Positions 29,101 through 36,893 are shown, counted from the stretch's first letter. The stretch is 64,000 nucleotides of DNA from Candidatus Bathyarchaeum sp. (GCA_026014565.1 JAOZIB010000018.1:131042-195041); one strand, 5' to 3'. Numbers and translations: made by a program. Notes: a model not told the origin generated them from the letters alone.

Positions 29101-29543
29101 GAACGTATGGGTCCCGCATAATATATTGCCAAATATTCTGTTCGATCAGAATTTGTTTTTATGTCAACTTTGGCGATGCCTTGTATTGGAGCAGCGGTTA
29201 TTCCTTCAGTTAAGATTGCAAGGGCAGTTCTCATGGCTTGTTCAGCAGCTTCCCGACGATCCATGACACCAAATTTGCCGTTGATTATTTGTTCAGTAAT
29301 CTTAAAAGTAAGAGCCTCACGAGACAGGGTTTCAGTTAATTCACGTATGCTTTCAGCAACCCCTTTGGGTCCAACAAGTCCTTCCACTAATGCAGCAAGG
29401 TCTTTAGCAACTTCAGGTTCTGGAACCAAAGCGGGGTCTAACCCTTTTTTTCGGGCTTGAGCTACTACAGCGTAAATGTCCTCAAGCTGTTTTTCTAAAC
29501 TGTCTACGTATTGTTTGTATTCTGTGCTCATTGGAATCGGCAA
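26133..29543 (-). CDS. dp2: DNA polymerase II (family D) large catalytic subunit DP2
   Basis: A 1136-aa ORF colinear, by my recollection, with DP2. It has multiple Cys4 zinc modules (CVKCNAPSLTLKCNQCG; CPQCG..CPAC; CKGCNKKFRRMPLIGKCPSC), plus RRDCDGDEDA and GGxRxxNDG-like motifs. No intein-sized insertion. Confidence 0.95.
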   Translation of the reverse strand: MPIPMSTEYKQYVDSLEKQLEDIYAVVAQARKKGLDPALVPEPEVAKDLAALVEGLVGPKGVAESIRELTETLSREALTFKITEQIINGKFGVMDRREAAEQAMRTALAILTEGITAAPIQGIAKVDIKTNSDRTEYLAIYYAGPIRSAGGTEQALTIIVGDHIRRLLKLDCYKPTEDEIGRFIEEIRLFERSIARFQYHISDEELRRGIQNIPVEVTGTESDPVEVSTFRNLPRIETNNVRGGALRVVNDGIVGRAAKVLTTIEKLQIPGWDWLGNLKEFSKKKKSGFMADVIAGRPIFSFPSRVGGFRLRYGRSRNTGLAAVGIHPATMLTVQNFLAAGTQLRLEGPGKGGITVPVDSIEAPIVRLKNGSVVRVTLENFDSVNKMIDKILFLGDILIGFGDFLYTNKPLRPAGYNEEWWGEELTLSINQKFGDDLDKTAHALELEKSYLQKILTDVYKNKPTPQKAIRLSLVLGVPFHPAFTFFWETLSGEEFLALRKWLLASEIKVENTIVQEIVGFKDKSAKDILEKLCIQHEVILNTVKIVGDEAHIVAFCLGFNKPEFEIVTSEPVLDIIKNLTGIIVKAKGVSFVGARMGRPEKAKHREMKPLVHTLFPVGLAGGSRRNVIDASKKISIEVDLVKRRCVKCNAPSLTLKCNQCGSDTVLEKTCPQCGRTLDVDECPACKTSTRSHARQEVDIRGLLSVACKNLSLPMLSLFKGVKGMTNETKTPEILEKGLLRARHGLSVFKDGTIRFDATNAPLSHFTSKEVGVTVEQVRANGYTHDYQGNPLTSPDQICELKVQDIVIPRKCATYFLKVANFLDELLEKVYKLPKYYNISKPKELIGHLVIGLAPHTSVGIVGRIIGFTPLNVIYAHHMWHSAKRRDCDGDEDAVILGLDAILNFSKEFLPSQIGGIMDAPILIIPVVNPLEVQRQAHEVDVTGQYPLEFYQKTWEEADARQTMNIIDVIADRLNTPAQFEGFKYTIPVSNINMGNTESVYKKFGKMIDKMHSQLVLAEKIAAVDADVVANKVLNTHFIRDIAGNLRAFTTQQFRCKGCNKKFRRMPLIGKCPSCNSDLILTVYRGGIEKYLIAASRLVEKYGLLDYYAQRLDMVQEEILTLFEGKKPRQSSLEAFS

Positions 29544-29597
29544 AAGGATTCTCCTTAGATTTAGAGTTCACAAAACAAGGTATTGAGTCTTTCTAGA

Positions 29598-30365
29598 TTA
29601 AAAAAAGCAATCAGGAGATTGTTTCGTTCTGATACTACTTATCAATTCTTGTATCTTGTTTTTGCTATTATTTTCTTCTAAAACATTACCAGTCACAATA
29701 ATACTGGCTCCAGCTGTAACAATTTCTTTAGCTTGTGAACCGGTTCGTATGCCTCCACCCACAATTATGGGTAGATCAATTGCAGTTTTTACCATCTTAA
29801 TAACTTCCACGGAAACAGGTTTGCCTACCCCAGATCCTGCTTCTAAATATACAAAATGCATGCCAAAATATTGTGCAGCAAGGGCGTGAGCTGTTGCAAG
29901 TTCAGGTTTACTGTAAGGGATTGGGGCAGCTTTTCCCACAACACTAACAGTTCCACCTTCCCCGACGATAATGTATCCCATGGAAAGAGGTTCTATGCCA
30001 AATTTTTTGATAAATGGTGCACCTAAGATTTGAGCACCTGCAAGAAAATAAGGATCAGAAGAGTTCAGAAGAGACATAAACCAAATAGCATCAGCGTATT
30101 TAGTTAATCCGCTGTGGCCTCCTGGAAACAAGATTAAAGGGATTTCTACAGATTCTTTTAGAGCCTTAGTGACGTCATCTAAATGAGAACCAAATTCAGA
30201 TGTTGATCCCCCCACCATTATTGCAGCAGTGTTGCATGATTCCGCTTCTTTTGCTGTCTGAACCGCAGAAGATGGTGTAACCTTTTCTGGATCAATCAAG
30301 GTCATGTGAATGGCGCCTTCTTTGCTGATTTTGTCTAAGAGATATTGTTCTACCGTACCAACCAT
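29598..30365 (-). CDS. Geranylgeranylglyceryl phosphate synthase (PcrB/GGGPS family)
   Basis: HMTLIDPEK N-terminal motif, YLEAGSG and IVGGGIRT. Confidence 0.85.
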   Translation of the reverse strand: MVGTVEQYLLDKISKEGAIHMTLIDPEKVTPSSAVQTAKEAESCNTAAIMVGGSTSEFGSHLDDVTKALKESVEIPLILFPGGHSGLTKYADAIWFMSLLNSSDPYFLAGAQILGAPFIKKFGIEPLSMGYIIVGEGGTVSVVGKAAPIPYSKPELATAHALAAQYFGMHFVYLEAGSGVGKPVSVEVIKMVKTAIDLPIIVGGGIRTGSQAKEIVTAGASIIVTGNVLEENNSKNKIQELISSIRTKQSPDCFF

Positions 30366-30379
30366 GGTTGATCCCAGTT

Positions 30380-30619
30380 CTAGACAGAAGATCTAGAATA
30401 AAAAAGGTCTGTAAATTGGCAATATATGTCGATGTCAGTAAAAACAGGTCTTGTATCAAAGTCTTCAGTTAATTCACAGCCAGTGCAACGCACTTTGGCG
30501 TGATCTCCCTCAGGAGATTTTTCGATAGTAATCGCTTGTTTACCACAAATTGGACAGAGAAAAACTGTAGGTAACTTCTTTTTTGGTATATGAACAACTT
30601 TTCGCCTTCTTCTGCCCAT
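30380..30619 (-). CDS. elf1: Transcription elongation factor Elf1 homolog (zinc ribbon)
   Basis: Basic N-terminus MGRRRRKVVHIPKKKLPTVF, then CPICG...CTGC and a D.Y..F tail, colinear with eukaryotic Elf1. Confidence 0.75.
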   Translation of the reverse strand: MGRRRRKVVHIPKKKLPTVFLCPICGKQAITIEKSPEGDHAKVRCTGCELTEDFDTRPVFTDIDIYCQFTDLFYSRSSV

Positions 30620-31118
30620 TTTAAAGCCCCTTTAATGAAATTGTTTGTTATTTTAAAAGCACAAGTGCTTGTTTGATTGTATAACTCAACATTAGCTTAA
30701 ATATTTGTCCTTAAAACATGAAAGAACCTAAACCCAAAAATGAAAAATGCACAAACACAGGGAGTAAAATTAATCAAAAAAGTAGGGGGATTATAGAAAA
30801 AGCTACAAACAAGTAAAAAAATACAATAATAAAATTTAAAACAATTTAATAAAAAAGTAAATAAAAAGTAATTAAAAATCCAAATAAAATTTTTACCTGA
30901 ATTAAAAACCATATTTTATTATAAAAATTAAAAAGTAATTTTATAATAAATTTTAAGGAAAAAACTAGCTTTGAAAAGGAAAATGCCAATAATTAGGCAA
31001 AAACCAGTTCAGATCCAAAAAAGCATTCAGTTAAAAAAAGGTTATGAAAGAATTGACCAGCAATAAAGACAAAAAATAAATAAAATACCAAGTTTTCGAG
31101 AAACTATATAAATAAATT

Positions 31119-31166
31119 GTGACATCAAAGGAATCACAACATTTAATCACACAAAATCACATCACA
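31119..31166 (+). repeat. ATCACA-box cluster 1
   Basis: GTGACATCA, then AATCACA at 31132, 31145 and 31155, and TCACA at 31162. Sits immediately downstream of the TATA-like CTATATAAATAAATT (31104-31118). Confidence 0.6.
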
Positions 31167-31238
31167 ACTAAAAATCTCAAAATAAGCCTTAAAATAAAAA
31201 ACAATCAATTTTTAAGGATTTTAAGAAGTAGGGAAAAA

Positions 31239-31301
31239 CGTGACCTCACACGTGATTCTGTGATAATCACATGTGATGTAACTTTTTTTGAAAAAATCAC
31301 A
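31239..31301. repeat. ATCACA/TGTGAT-box cluster 2 with overlapping perfect palindromes
   Basis: CGTGACCTCACACGTGATTCTGTGATAATCACATGTGATG. TGTGAT-A-ATCACA is at 31259-31271 and ATCACATGTGAT (a 12-bp perfect palindrome) at 31266-31277. AATCACA recurs at 31295-31301. Confidence 0.6.
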
Positions 31302-31660
31302 GATATTATGAAAGAAAAGAGGGAAAAAATCAGCAAAGAAACGTCAAAGACCCGAGTGAAACCAACGGAATAAAAAATAAATAGTAAAAATTATAAAAAT
31401 AATGCAAATAGTTTCAATAAACCTTGAAAAATATAAATAATTATATAAATATAGAATAGGTACATGAAATGTGGAGAATGATCGATTCAATTAGTTTGCA
31501 AAAAATATTTTTGGTTCAATGTTTATTTGTGAGTAATGTTAACTTTGTTCAATTCCAGATGGCGTAAAAAAGGACGGTTATCATATATTCTGGAAAGGTT
31601 TTTATGGTTTAGCCAGTATACAAAAATGTATCCTTTAAAGCAGGAGTTGTAAAAACTAAT

Positions 31661-32137
31661 TTGAACTTGAAGGAAAAGGCTCAGAATTGGATAAAATACT
31701 CACTAAACGATCCTTTAGTTAAAATATTGGCAAAAAATAGTAATTTAACTAAAATACAGTTAGAAACGCTATTAATTGATGTTTTAGCTGAAAATATTGC
31801 CGATAAAGACCTAAAATACGATGAAAAAGCCAAGATTCGAATTTTAGCCGTAAGTAGAGGCGCTTTTAATAGAAGTTTAAGGCAAGCCAGACATAATGTT
31901 ACACAATCAATTTACACGATTTTGTTACTGGGATACTTGGGAGTTCTTGAAGAAATTAGCTTAGAACCGTATTTGGAGGCAGCAAACAAGCTAAAAGAGT
32001 ATATTGACACTCAAAGAGAGTTCATAAAAAAACGACCGGAAGAAGAACAAATTAAAACCCTCAAAAGACTTCATGAAGAACTCAAAATCAGCCTTGAGGA
32101 ACTGTCCAGCCCTCGGAAATTATCAAAAAAACTGTGA
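31661..32137 (+). CDS. Hypothetical helical protein with a possible HTH (sigma-r4/LuxR-like pattern), TTG start
   Basis: A 158-aa ORF with no internal Met. The segment LTKIQLETLL...ILAVSRGAFNRSLRQARHNVTQSIYTILLL resembles an HTH followed by a helix. Flanked on both sides by ATCACA-box clusters. Confidence 0.4.
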   Translation: MNLKEKAQNWIKYSLNDPLVKILAKNSNLTKIQLETLLIDVLAENIADKDLKYDEKAKIRILAVSRGAFNRSLRQARHNVTQSIYTILLLGYLGVLEEISLEPYLEAANKLKEYIDTQREFIKKRPEEEQIKTLKRLHEELKISLEELSSPRKLSKKL

Positions 32138-32167
32138 CATCACAAATCACAGGGTTTTTATCACAAA
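32133..32167 (+). repeat. ATCACA-box cluster 3 (overlaps the stop codon of the 158-aa ORF)
   Basis: TGTGACATCACAAATCACAGGGTTTTTATCACAAA. Confidence 0.55.
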
Positions 32168-32373
32168 AAACAACTAATTTTTACGGCATACTGACGGAAA
32201 TTTGCTAAGATGTAAAAGCGATTGAGTTAAAAAATTAGCAAAAAAATAAAGGCCATTTTGGCCCTATTTATCAAAATAAACTAAAAAAATAGAAGTTATC
32301 AAAGATATTGATAAGAAGGTGGGATTAAAAAAGATTGGTTATTATAATCCAAGCTCTAATTACATGAAGTCGT

Positions 32374-32505
32374 GTTGTGAGGAGTTTGTGACGTGTGATG
32401 TCACGCTTTGCAAATTATAGAAAAACTTAAGTTTATTTATATATTAGTGTGATGTGTGATAAGGTATGCACATCACACCAAATCACATCCAAATCACATG
32501 TGAGG
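32374..32505. repeat. ATCACA/TGTGAT-box clusters 4 and 5 flanking a TATA-like box
   Basis: GTGAC..GTCAC inverted repeat at 32388-32404. TATA-like TTTATTTATATATT at 32432-32445. 10-bp inverted repeat GTGTGATGTG (32447-32456) / CACATCACAC (32469-32478). Tandem 11-mer CCAAATCACAT x2 at 32478-32499, then ATCACATGTGAGGAG just before the start of the 239-aa ORF. Confidence 0.6.
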
Positions 32506-32515
32506 AGCGACTTTG

Positions 32516-33232
32516 ATGGTCTCCGACGTTTTCCTAATTTTAACGTCTATTTTGTTATTTGGAACGATTTCGGTGTTATTTTTGTATTACAAGCGGATTA
32601 TAACGTTGCGGCAAGAGTATCATAACGCCAAAGGGATAGTTAGCGACATAGTTCTAAGCATAGATAATCAGTTAATGCGACAAAAAGAGGGCGTGCTTTA
32701 TGTAGCCCAAAAAATCGAAGATGCTTCTGTGGAGAATCAACAAGTTGCAAAAAAAGTAGAAGAATACGAAGAAAAATTAACCGAAATAAGTAATCGGATA
32801 ACTAATTCTCCTCCAGACTTTGAGGAAAAGGTTTCAGGTCAAATTAATGAGATACGAGATGAGTTTGAAGGAATAAAACAAATTCAAGAAAAAGTGATGG
32901 AAAAGCTTGTTGAGATTGAAAAAATCAAATATGAAAGACCAGCCCCTGAAGTAAAAATCAAAGCAGCGATTCCAATAAAAAAAGAGAAGGCCCTTGAACC
33001 GTTAACAGAAACGGAACTTAGTGTCCTTGAAACCATAGGTAAAGAAGGAGAAAAGACAGCTCCAGAAATACAGAAATTGATTGGTCTAACAAGGGAGCAC
33101 ACTGCAAGATTAATGAAAAAATTGTACAAAGACGGCTACCTCGAAAGGGACACTCACAAAATGCCCTATGTTTACAGGTTAAAAGAGGAAATGGAAAAAA
33201 TTCTCAAAAGACGAGAATTCAATCCGTCTTAA
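32516..33232 (+). CDS. Membrane-anchored coiled-coil protein with C-terminal MarR-like winged helix
   Basis: N-terminal TM VFLILTSILLFGTISVLFLYY, an E/K-rich heptad-like region of about 130 aa, and C-terminal LSVLETIGKEGEKTAPEIQKLIGLTREHTARLMKKLYKDGYLERD. The track ORF begins at TTG 32513. Confidence 0.6.
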   Translation: MVSDVFLILTSILLFGTISVLFLYYKRIITLRQEYHNAKGIVSDIVLSIDNQLMRQKEGVLYVAQKIEDASVENQQVAKKVEEYEEKLTEISNRITNSPPDFEEKVSGQINEIRDEFEGIKQIQEKVMEKLVEIEKIKYERPAPEVKIKAAIPIKKEKALEPLTETELSVLETIGKEGEKTAPEIQKLIGLTREHTARLMKKLYKDGYLERDTHKMPYVYRLKEEMEKILKRREFNPS

Positions 33233-34800
33233 TCTGATTTTGTGGTAAGGGATGCCCCAGCGGCTTTGAGGCGTTTTAGATTTTCGTTCATTTCAGACAA
33301 AGGCTTAGAATCAGGCAAATTGTAATCTGCAGTTCCTTTTTGTTTTAAGTAATCCTGATAATGAACAACCTTAACAGGAACAGCAAAGCGAATCTGGGGT
33401 TCTGAAATGACCAAGGCTTCTCCAATATCAAGCATTTTGATTTCTGTGTCACTGTATTCCATGTAAGGAGTGTTTTGGGTAAGATAGTCCCGGTCCCGTT
33501 TGAGTTCAGTTTTCATGATAACTTTGGTCCAAAGCTCCGCAAACACATCACGATTGATTTTAGAAGGCCGAGGGGTAACCGCATTTAATCCAACCCGATA
33601 TTTACGGTAAGTAAGGGCGATGTCTGAAAAGATTGTTTTACGTATTTCTGGGTCCAAAAATTCGTGAGCTTCTTCCAAGGTAATTAATAAGGTTGGAAGT
33701 TTTTTCCATTCTTCGAAATTGTTTTCCCACATACGTTTGTAATGCTGAGCAACAAAAGTTGCAGTAAGGCAAGTAACGTTGCGTTGTTCTTCAGAGGTCA
33801 AACCCGAAATGTCAACAAGACAAGTAACGCCTTTGCTCACGTTTTGAACTACATCTTCGATGAAATTGTAATCTGAAACTGGAAACAGATGAGGTGAGAG
33901 ATCAGATAAACGGCTCATTAAGGCGCTTGTTACAACTTTTTGTGCGTTAGTAACGATTCTTTTTATTCCTGATTGGCCTTCTTCACGATAAATTTGAATT
34001 GATTCTTCCACCCAGTGCTTGCCTAAGTGTTCATATAATCTTCTAGCGAGCCTTATTTGGGGTCGACCAATATCGGGAAAAATGGTCCATAATCTTCCTG
34101 GAGTCAAAGTGCGCAAACCAATCGAAAGTTTGCCATCCCGTGAGGAGTAGTAACTGACCCTGCTATGAAACAGGGGATGATCTCCCAGACCGGTGTCTTC
34201 CCCAAAATCTTTTCCAGAAAGCAGTTGTCCTGCAAAATCAAAAATTAAGCCAACGGTAGTTGGGTCATCAATTATTCTGGCATTCAAAATGAGTTCAGTA
34301 TTAGTTTTTCCAGAGCCAGTCATTCCAAACATGCCCATCATTTTTGGAATTGCTTTTGTGTTTATTCCCACTACACCTAAGACTTGTTCTCCAGACCGCA
34401 GGCGTCCGATTTCTAAGTCTCCAGAGAGCTGTAAAATTGAGTAGTCCTCTTCAGTTATGGTGTAAACATGATCCATATAATTCGGGTTAAAAGTTGGCGA
34501 GCGAATTCTGCCAGAATTGTTTTCCAGTAACAAAACAGCGTCGACATGTCTGTAGCTGGAGTAGGGTCCAAAAGATTCCTTGCCTTCTGCTTCTCGCAAT
34601 TGCTCATTTGTTTTCAGGGTAGAAGAGCTACCAGCATCAACTACACGGGCGTAAAAATTGCGGTTATCACTGTTTATGCGCACAATCTGGCCAAAGGAAA
34701 GGGTTATTCCTTGATTTAGGAAAAAAGAAACGGTGTCTCCTTTTACATCTCGAACAAAACCAACTGGACTAAATTCTGTCAAAGCTTTCATCTCCTTCAA
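33229..34800 (-). CDS. herA: HerA-type hexameric DNA helicase/translocase (FtsK-HerA superfamily)
   Basis: N-terminal HAS-barrel-like VGFVRDVKGDTVSFFL..GQIVRI. Walker A GMTGSGKTNT, then LIFDFAGQL, Walker B LLITLEEAHEFL, RKYRVGLNAVTPRPSKI and LDIGEALVIS, colinear by my recollection with Sulfolobus HerA. Confidence 0.85.
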   Translation of the reverse strand: MKEMKALTEFSPVGFVRDVKGDTVSFFLNQGITLSFGQIVRINSDNRNFYARVVDAGSSSTLKTNEQLREAEGKESFGPYSSYRHVDAVLLLENNSGRIRSPTFNPNYMDHVYTITEEDYSILQLSGDLEIGRLRSGEQVLGVVGINTKAIPKMMGMFGMTGSGKTNTELILNARIIDDPTTVGLIFDFAGQLLSGKDFGEDTGLGDHPLFHSRVSYYSSRDGKLSIGLRTLTPGRLWTIFPDIGRPQIRLARRLYEHLGKHWVEESIQIYREEGQSGIKRIVTNAQKVVTSALMSRLSDLSPHLFPVSDYNFIEDVVQNVSKGVTCLVDISGLTSEEQRNVTCLTATFVAQHYKRMWENNFEEWKKLPTLLITLEEAHEFLDPEIRKTIFSDIALTYRKYRVGLNAVTPRPSKINRDVFAELWTKVIMKTELKRDRDYLTQNTPYMEYSDTEIKMLDIGEALVISEPQIRFAVPVKVVHYQDYLKQKGTADYNLPDSKPLSEMNENLKRLKAAGASLTTKSD

Positions 34801-35794
34801 AAAGACTTGTCATTCCATGAATTTTATCGGCAAAACTAACTGATAGCTCTTCAACACGAAGAGTCTCCAAGATGCCGGCTGTTTTGAGTTCTTTTTCAAC
34901 TAAATCATAATATTGTAAAAGTTTAGAACCTGATGCTCCAGAAAATTCGTGGGCAAGCCAAAGGGTAACAGGATATCCTAGGCAGCGGGGGTCTTCAGAA
35001 AGGGAAGTTAGAGGAGAAAGAAGCTCAGTCACGTCCCTGGATGTTGAATCCATTATGTCGCATCGGAAAATGTGTTGACTGTCCTCACATAGCTTCACGA
35101 GGGAAACGTCACCGTATAGATGTTGTTCCATGTTTGATTTTTTAACAGGATAGTAAACCCAAAGAGGATATGGGGCAAGCACACTTGTGGAAGCCATAAA
35201 ATCTCGTCCTTTTTCGTCACAGAGCATAGGAGATTGCTTACTCACGGCAAGAAGATTAACCTTTTTACGAAGAGCCTCCTCGTAAAGGGACGTGTGAAAA
35301 CCTCGTTTTCCCCCAAAAAAACTTGCACCATCAAGCAAAACATAATCGCCTTCACCCAAATCACGAAGAGTTTCCCCATCAGAGCCAAAGGATGTAGCCT
35401 CTTCGTGAAGTAGTTTTAAAGCCATTTCACTTTCAATTTGGAGCCGAGTGTCAATCAAAAAGTTAGAACGATAACGACGATCTCCAACAGCAGACACAAT
35501 ACTTTCGTCATATCCCCAGGTCACTTTTCTGTTTTCTACAGATGCGTAAGCAACGCGCATAAGATAGATTCCCCAGTTGTGTGCCCTTTTTAATGTTCGA
35601 GTAGAGCAGTCAACAGCCACAAACCGAGAACTACATTTTTTAACCTTTTTTAGAGACTTGATTTTGCTCAAATCAGGCTTGGTAACAATCAAAGGTTGGG
35701 GTTTGACATCACTAAAGTCTATTTGGCGACCTTTATCAACATACAGTTTAAGCTTAGTTGTTAGCTCATTCAAATCATTCTGAATTTTACTCAT
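34769..35794 (-). CDS. nurA: NurA-domain 5'-3' nuclease
   Basis: RFVAVDCSTRTL (catalytic Asp region), GDYVLLDGASF, LLAVSKQSPML and GYPVTLWLAHEFS, colinear with NurA motifs. The 3' end overlaps the herA ORF by 32 nt. Confidence 0.75.
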   Translation of the reverse strand: MSKIQNDLNELTTKLKLYVDKGRQIDFSDVKPQPLIVTKPDLSKIKSLKKVKKCSSRFVAVDCSTRTLKRAHNWGIYLMRVAYASVENRKVTWGYDESIVSAVGDRRYRSNFLIDTRLQIESEMALKLLHEEATSFGSDGETLRDLGEGDYVLLDGASFFGGKRGFHTSLYEEALRKKVNLLAVSKQSPMLCDEKGRDFMASTSVLAPYPLWVYYPVKKSNMEQHLYGDVSLVKLCEDSQHIFRCDIMDSTSRDVTELLSPLTSLSEDPRCLGYPVTLWLAHEFSGASGSKLLQYYDLVEKELKTAGILETLRVEELSVSFADKIHGMTSLFEGDESFDRI

Positions 35795-35872
35795 TTATGA
35801 GTGGTCTCCTCAACCAAGAAGGCTTCACAAGTTAACTTTTCAAATTAAGTATTCTTTAAAGACAGCGCTTTA

Positions 35873-36283
35873 TTATCTTTCTTGAATTTGATGACTGGAT
35901 ATTGCAGTCATGATTCTATAACGCATTTGATTAGAAGAACCTTTTTTGATAAAATACCCGCGATCAGTTAAACGGGATAAATAAGTTGAAGCTGTGCTGA
36001 GGCTTATTGATTCATTGTACTGTTTTTCGTAGGCATCGCGCATATCCTTAGAAGAGAACCATCCTACGGGGAAGTTTTTTTCTGCAGTTTTACGAACTTT
36101 TTCAATCTTAGATAATTCAGCTGTTGGATTAGGTTGATCAGAGGGTGCTGCTGGTGTTCCACCTAAAAGCTCAACCAAATCAAGTAGACGAAGAGCCTTA
36201 TCCCTAGTGATTTGGCCTTCAAATGTGACTGTGTATCGGTCTCCGTTGTTGAAGACTTCTACTCGCATTTTTTTGGTTGGCAT
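35873..36283 (-). CDS. Small winged-helix protein, first gene of the nurA-herA transcription unit; abuts the origin
   Basis: C-terminal ISLSTASTYLSRLTDRGYFIKKGSSNQMRYRI (HTH plus wing). N-terminal beta-rich MRVEVFNNGDRYTVTFEGQITRDKALRLLDLVELLGG. No family recognised. Confidence 0.5.
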   Translation of the reverse strand: MPTKKMRVEVFNNGDRYTVTFEGQITRDKALRLLDLVELLGGTPAAPSDQPNPTAELSKIEKVRKTAEKNFPVGWFSSKDMRDAYEKQYNESISLSTASTYLSRLTDRGYFIKKGSSNQMRYRIMTAISSHQIQER

Positions 36284-36473
36284 ATTTTACACCAGTTAGT
36301 GTTCACTTACTACGATTTCACTAGTTATAGGTATTACGGTATACAGTATTAAGTAAAAAACCTCAAAAATCGGTTTAAAGTTAAAAATAACTAAATTTTC
36401 CAGTTTATTTGTTTCACAGACTTCACAACAGTTAACAATTGTAAAAACAAATCCAAGAAATAATCAGTTAATA

Positions 36474-36495
36474 TTCTCCAGTAGAAACCAAGGGG
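36474..36495 (+). repeat. ORB-like box 1
   Basis: TTCTCCAGTAGAAACCAAGGGG resembles the archaeal ORB core TCCAGTGGAAAC...GGGG. Confidence 0.6.
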
Positions 36496-36677
36496 TTACC
36501 CAAAAACTGTGAAGAAGTTAAATTCTAGCTTATTTCATAAAAATAAAATAAATTCTAAGATTAATTATTAATTGACTTCACAATATTTCACAATTGAGTT
36601 AACAAAGTGATTTACCTGTGAACCAATAAGACTCTTCGTGAAATAACAATTAGTGCGTCACAAAAGTTTTGGACAAA

Positions 36678-36702
36678 GACACTGACCCCTTAATTTCCAT
36701 TG
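36678..36702 (-). repeat. ORB-like box 2 (left arm of the inverted pair)
   Basis: GACACTGACCCCTTAATTTCCATTG. The reverse complement reads CAATGGAAATTAAGGGGTCAGTGTC. Confidence 0.6.
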
Positions 36703-36893
36703 TAACTAGAAAAATGAGACAAGACGTAAAAAATTGGGTTAATTAAAAAAATTTCAAGTTGGCTCTAATTTTTTTTACAAATACTACTATATACTAATTC
36801 TAATTATAATACCAATGAGATTCTTTTTTAATATAATATTATCTTTGTAATCTTGATTCTTTTTTGTTTCCCACAGCTAATTCAACTCTTTTT

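Noticed and set aside
30697-31373. Track ORFs 30697..30912 (-) and 31119..31373 (+) in the AT-rich region.
   Set aside because: The translations are dominated by F, N, I, K and L from about 10-25% G+C DNA. The GTG at 31119 abuts the TATA-like box, so it would lie upstream of any transcript start from that promoter. I treated the region as non-coding regulatory DNA.
31104-32512. The ATCACA repeats as a CRISPR array.
   Set aside because: The units are 6-12 bp, irregularly spaced, in both orientations, and interrupted by a gene. There is no 25-40 bp repeat with regular spacers, and no cas genes in the window.
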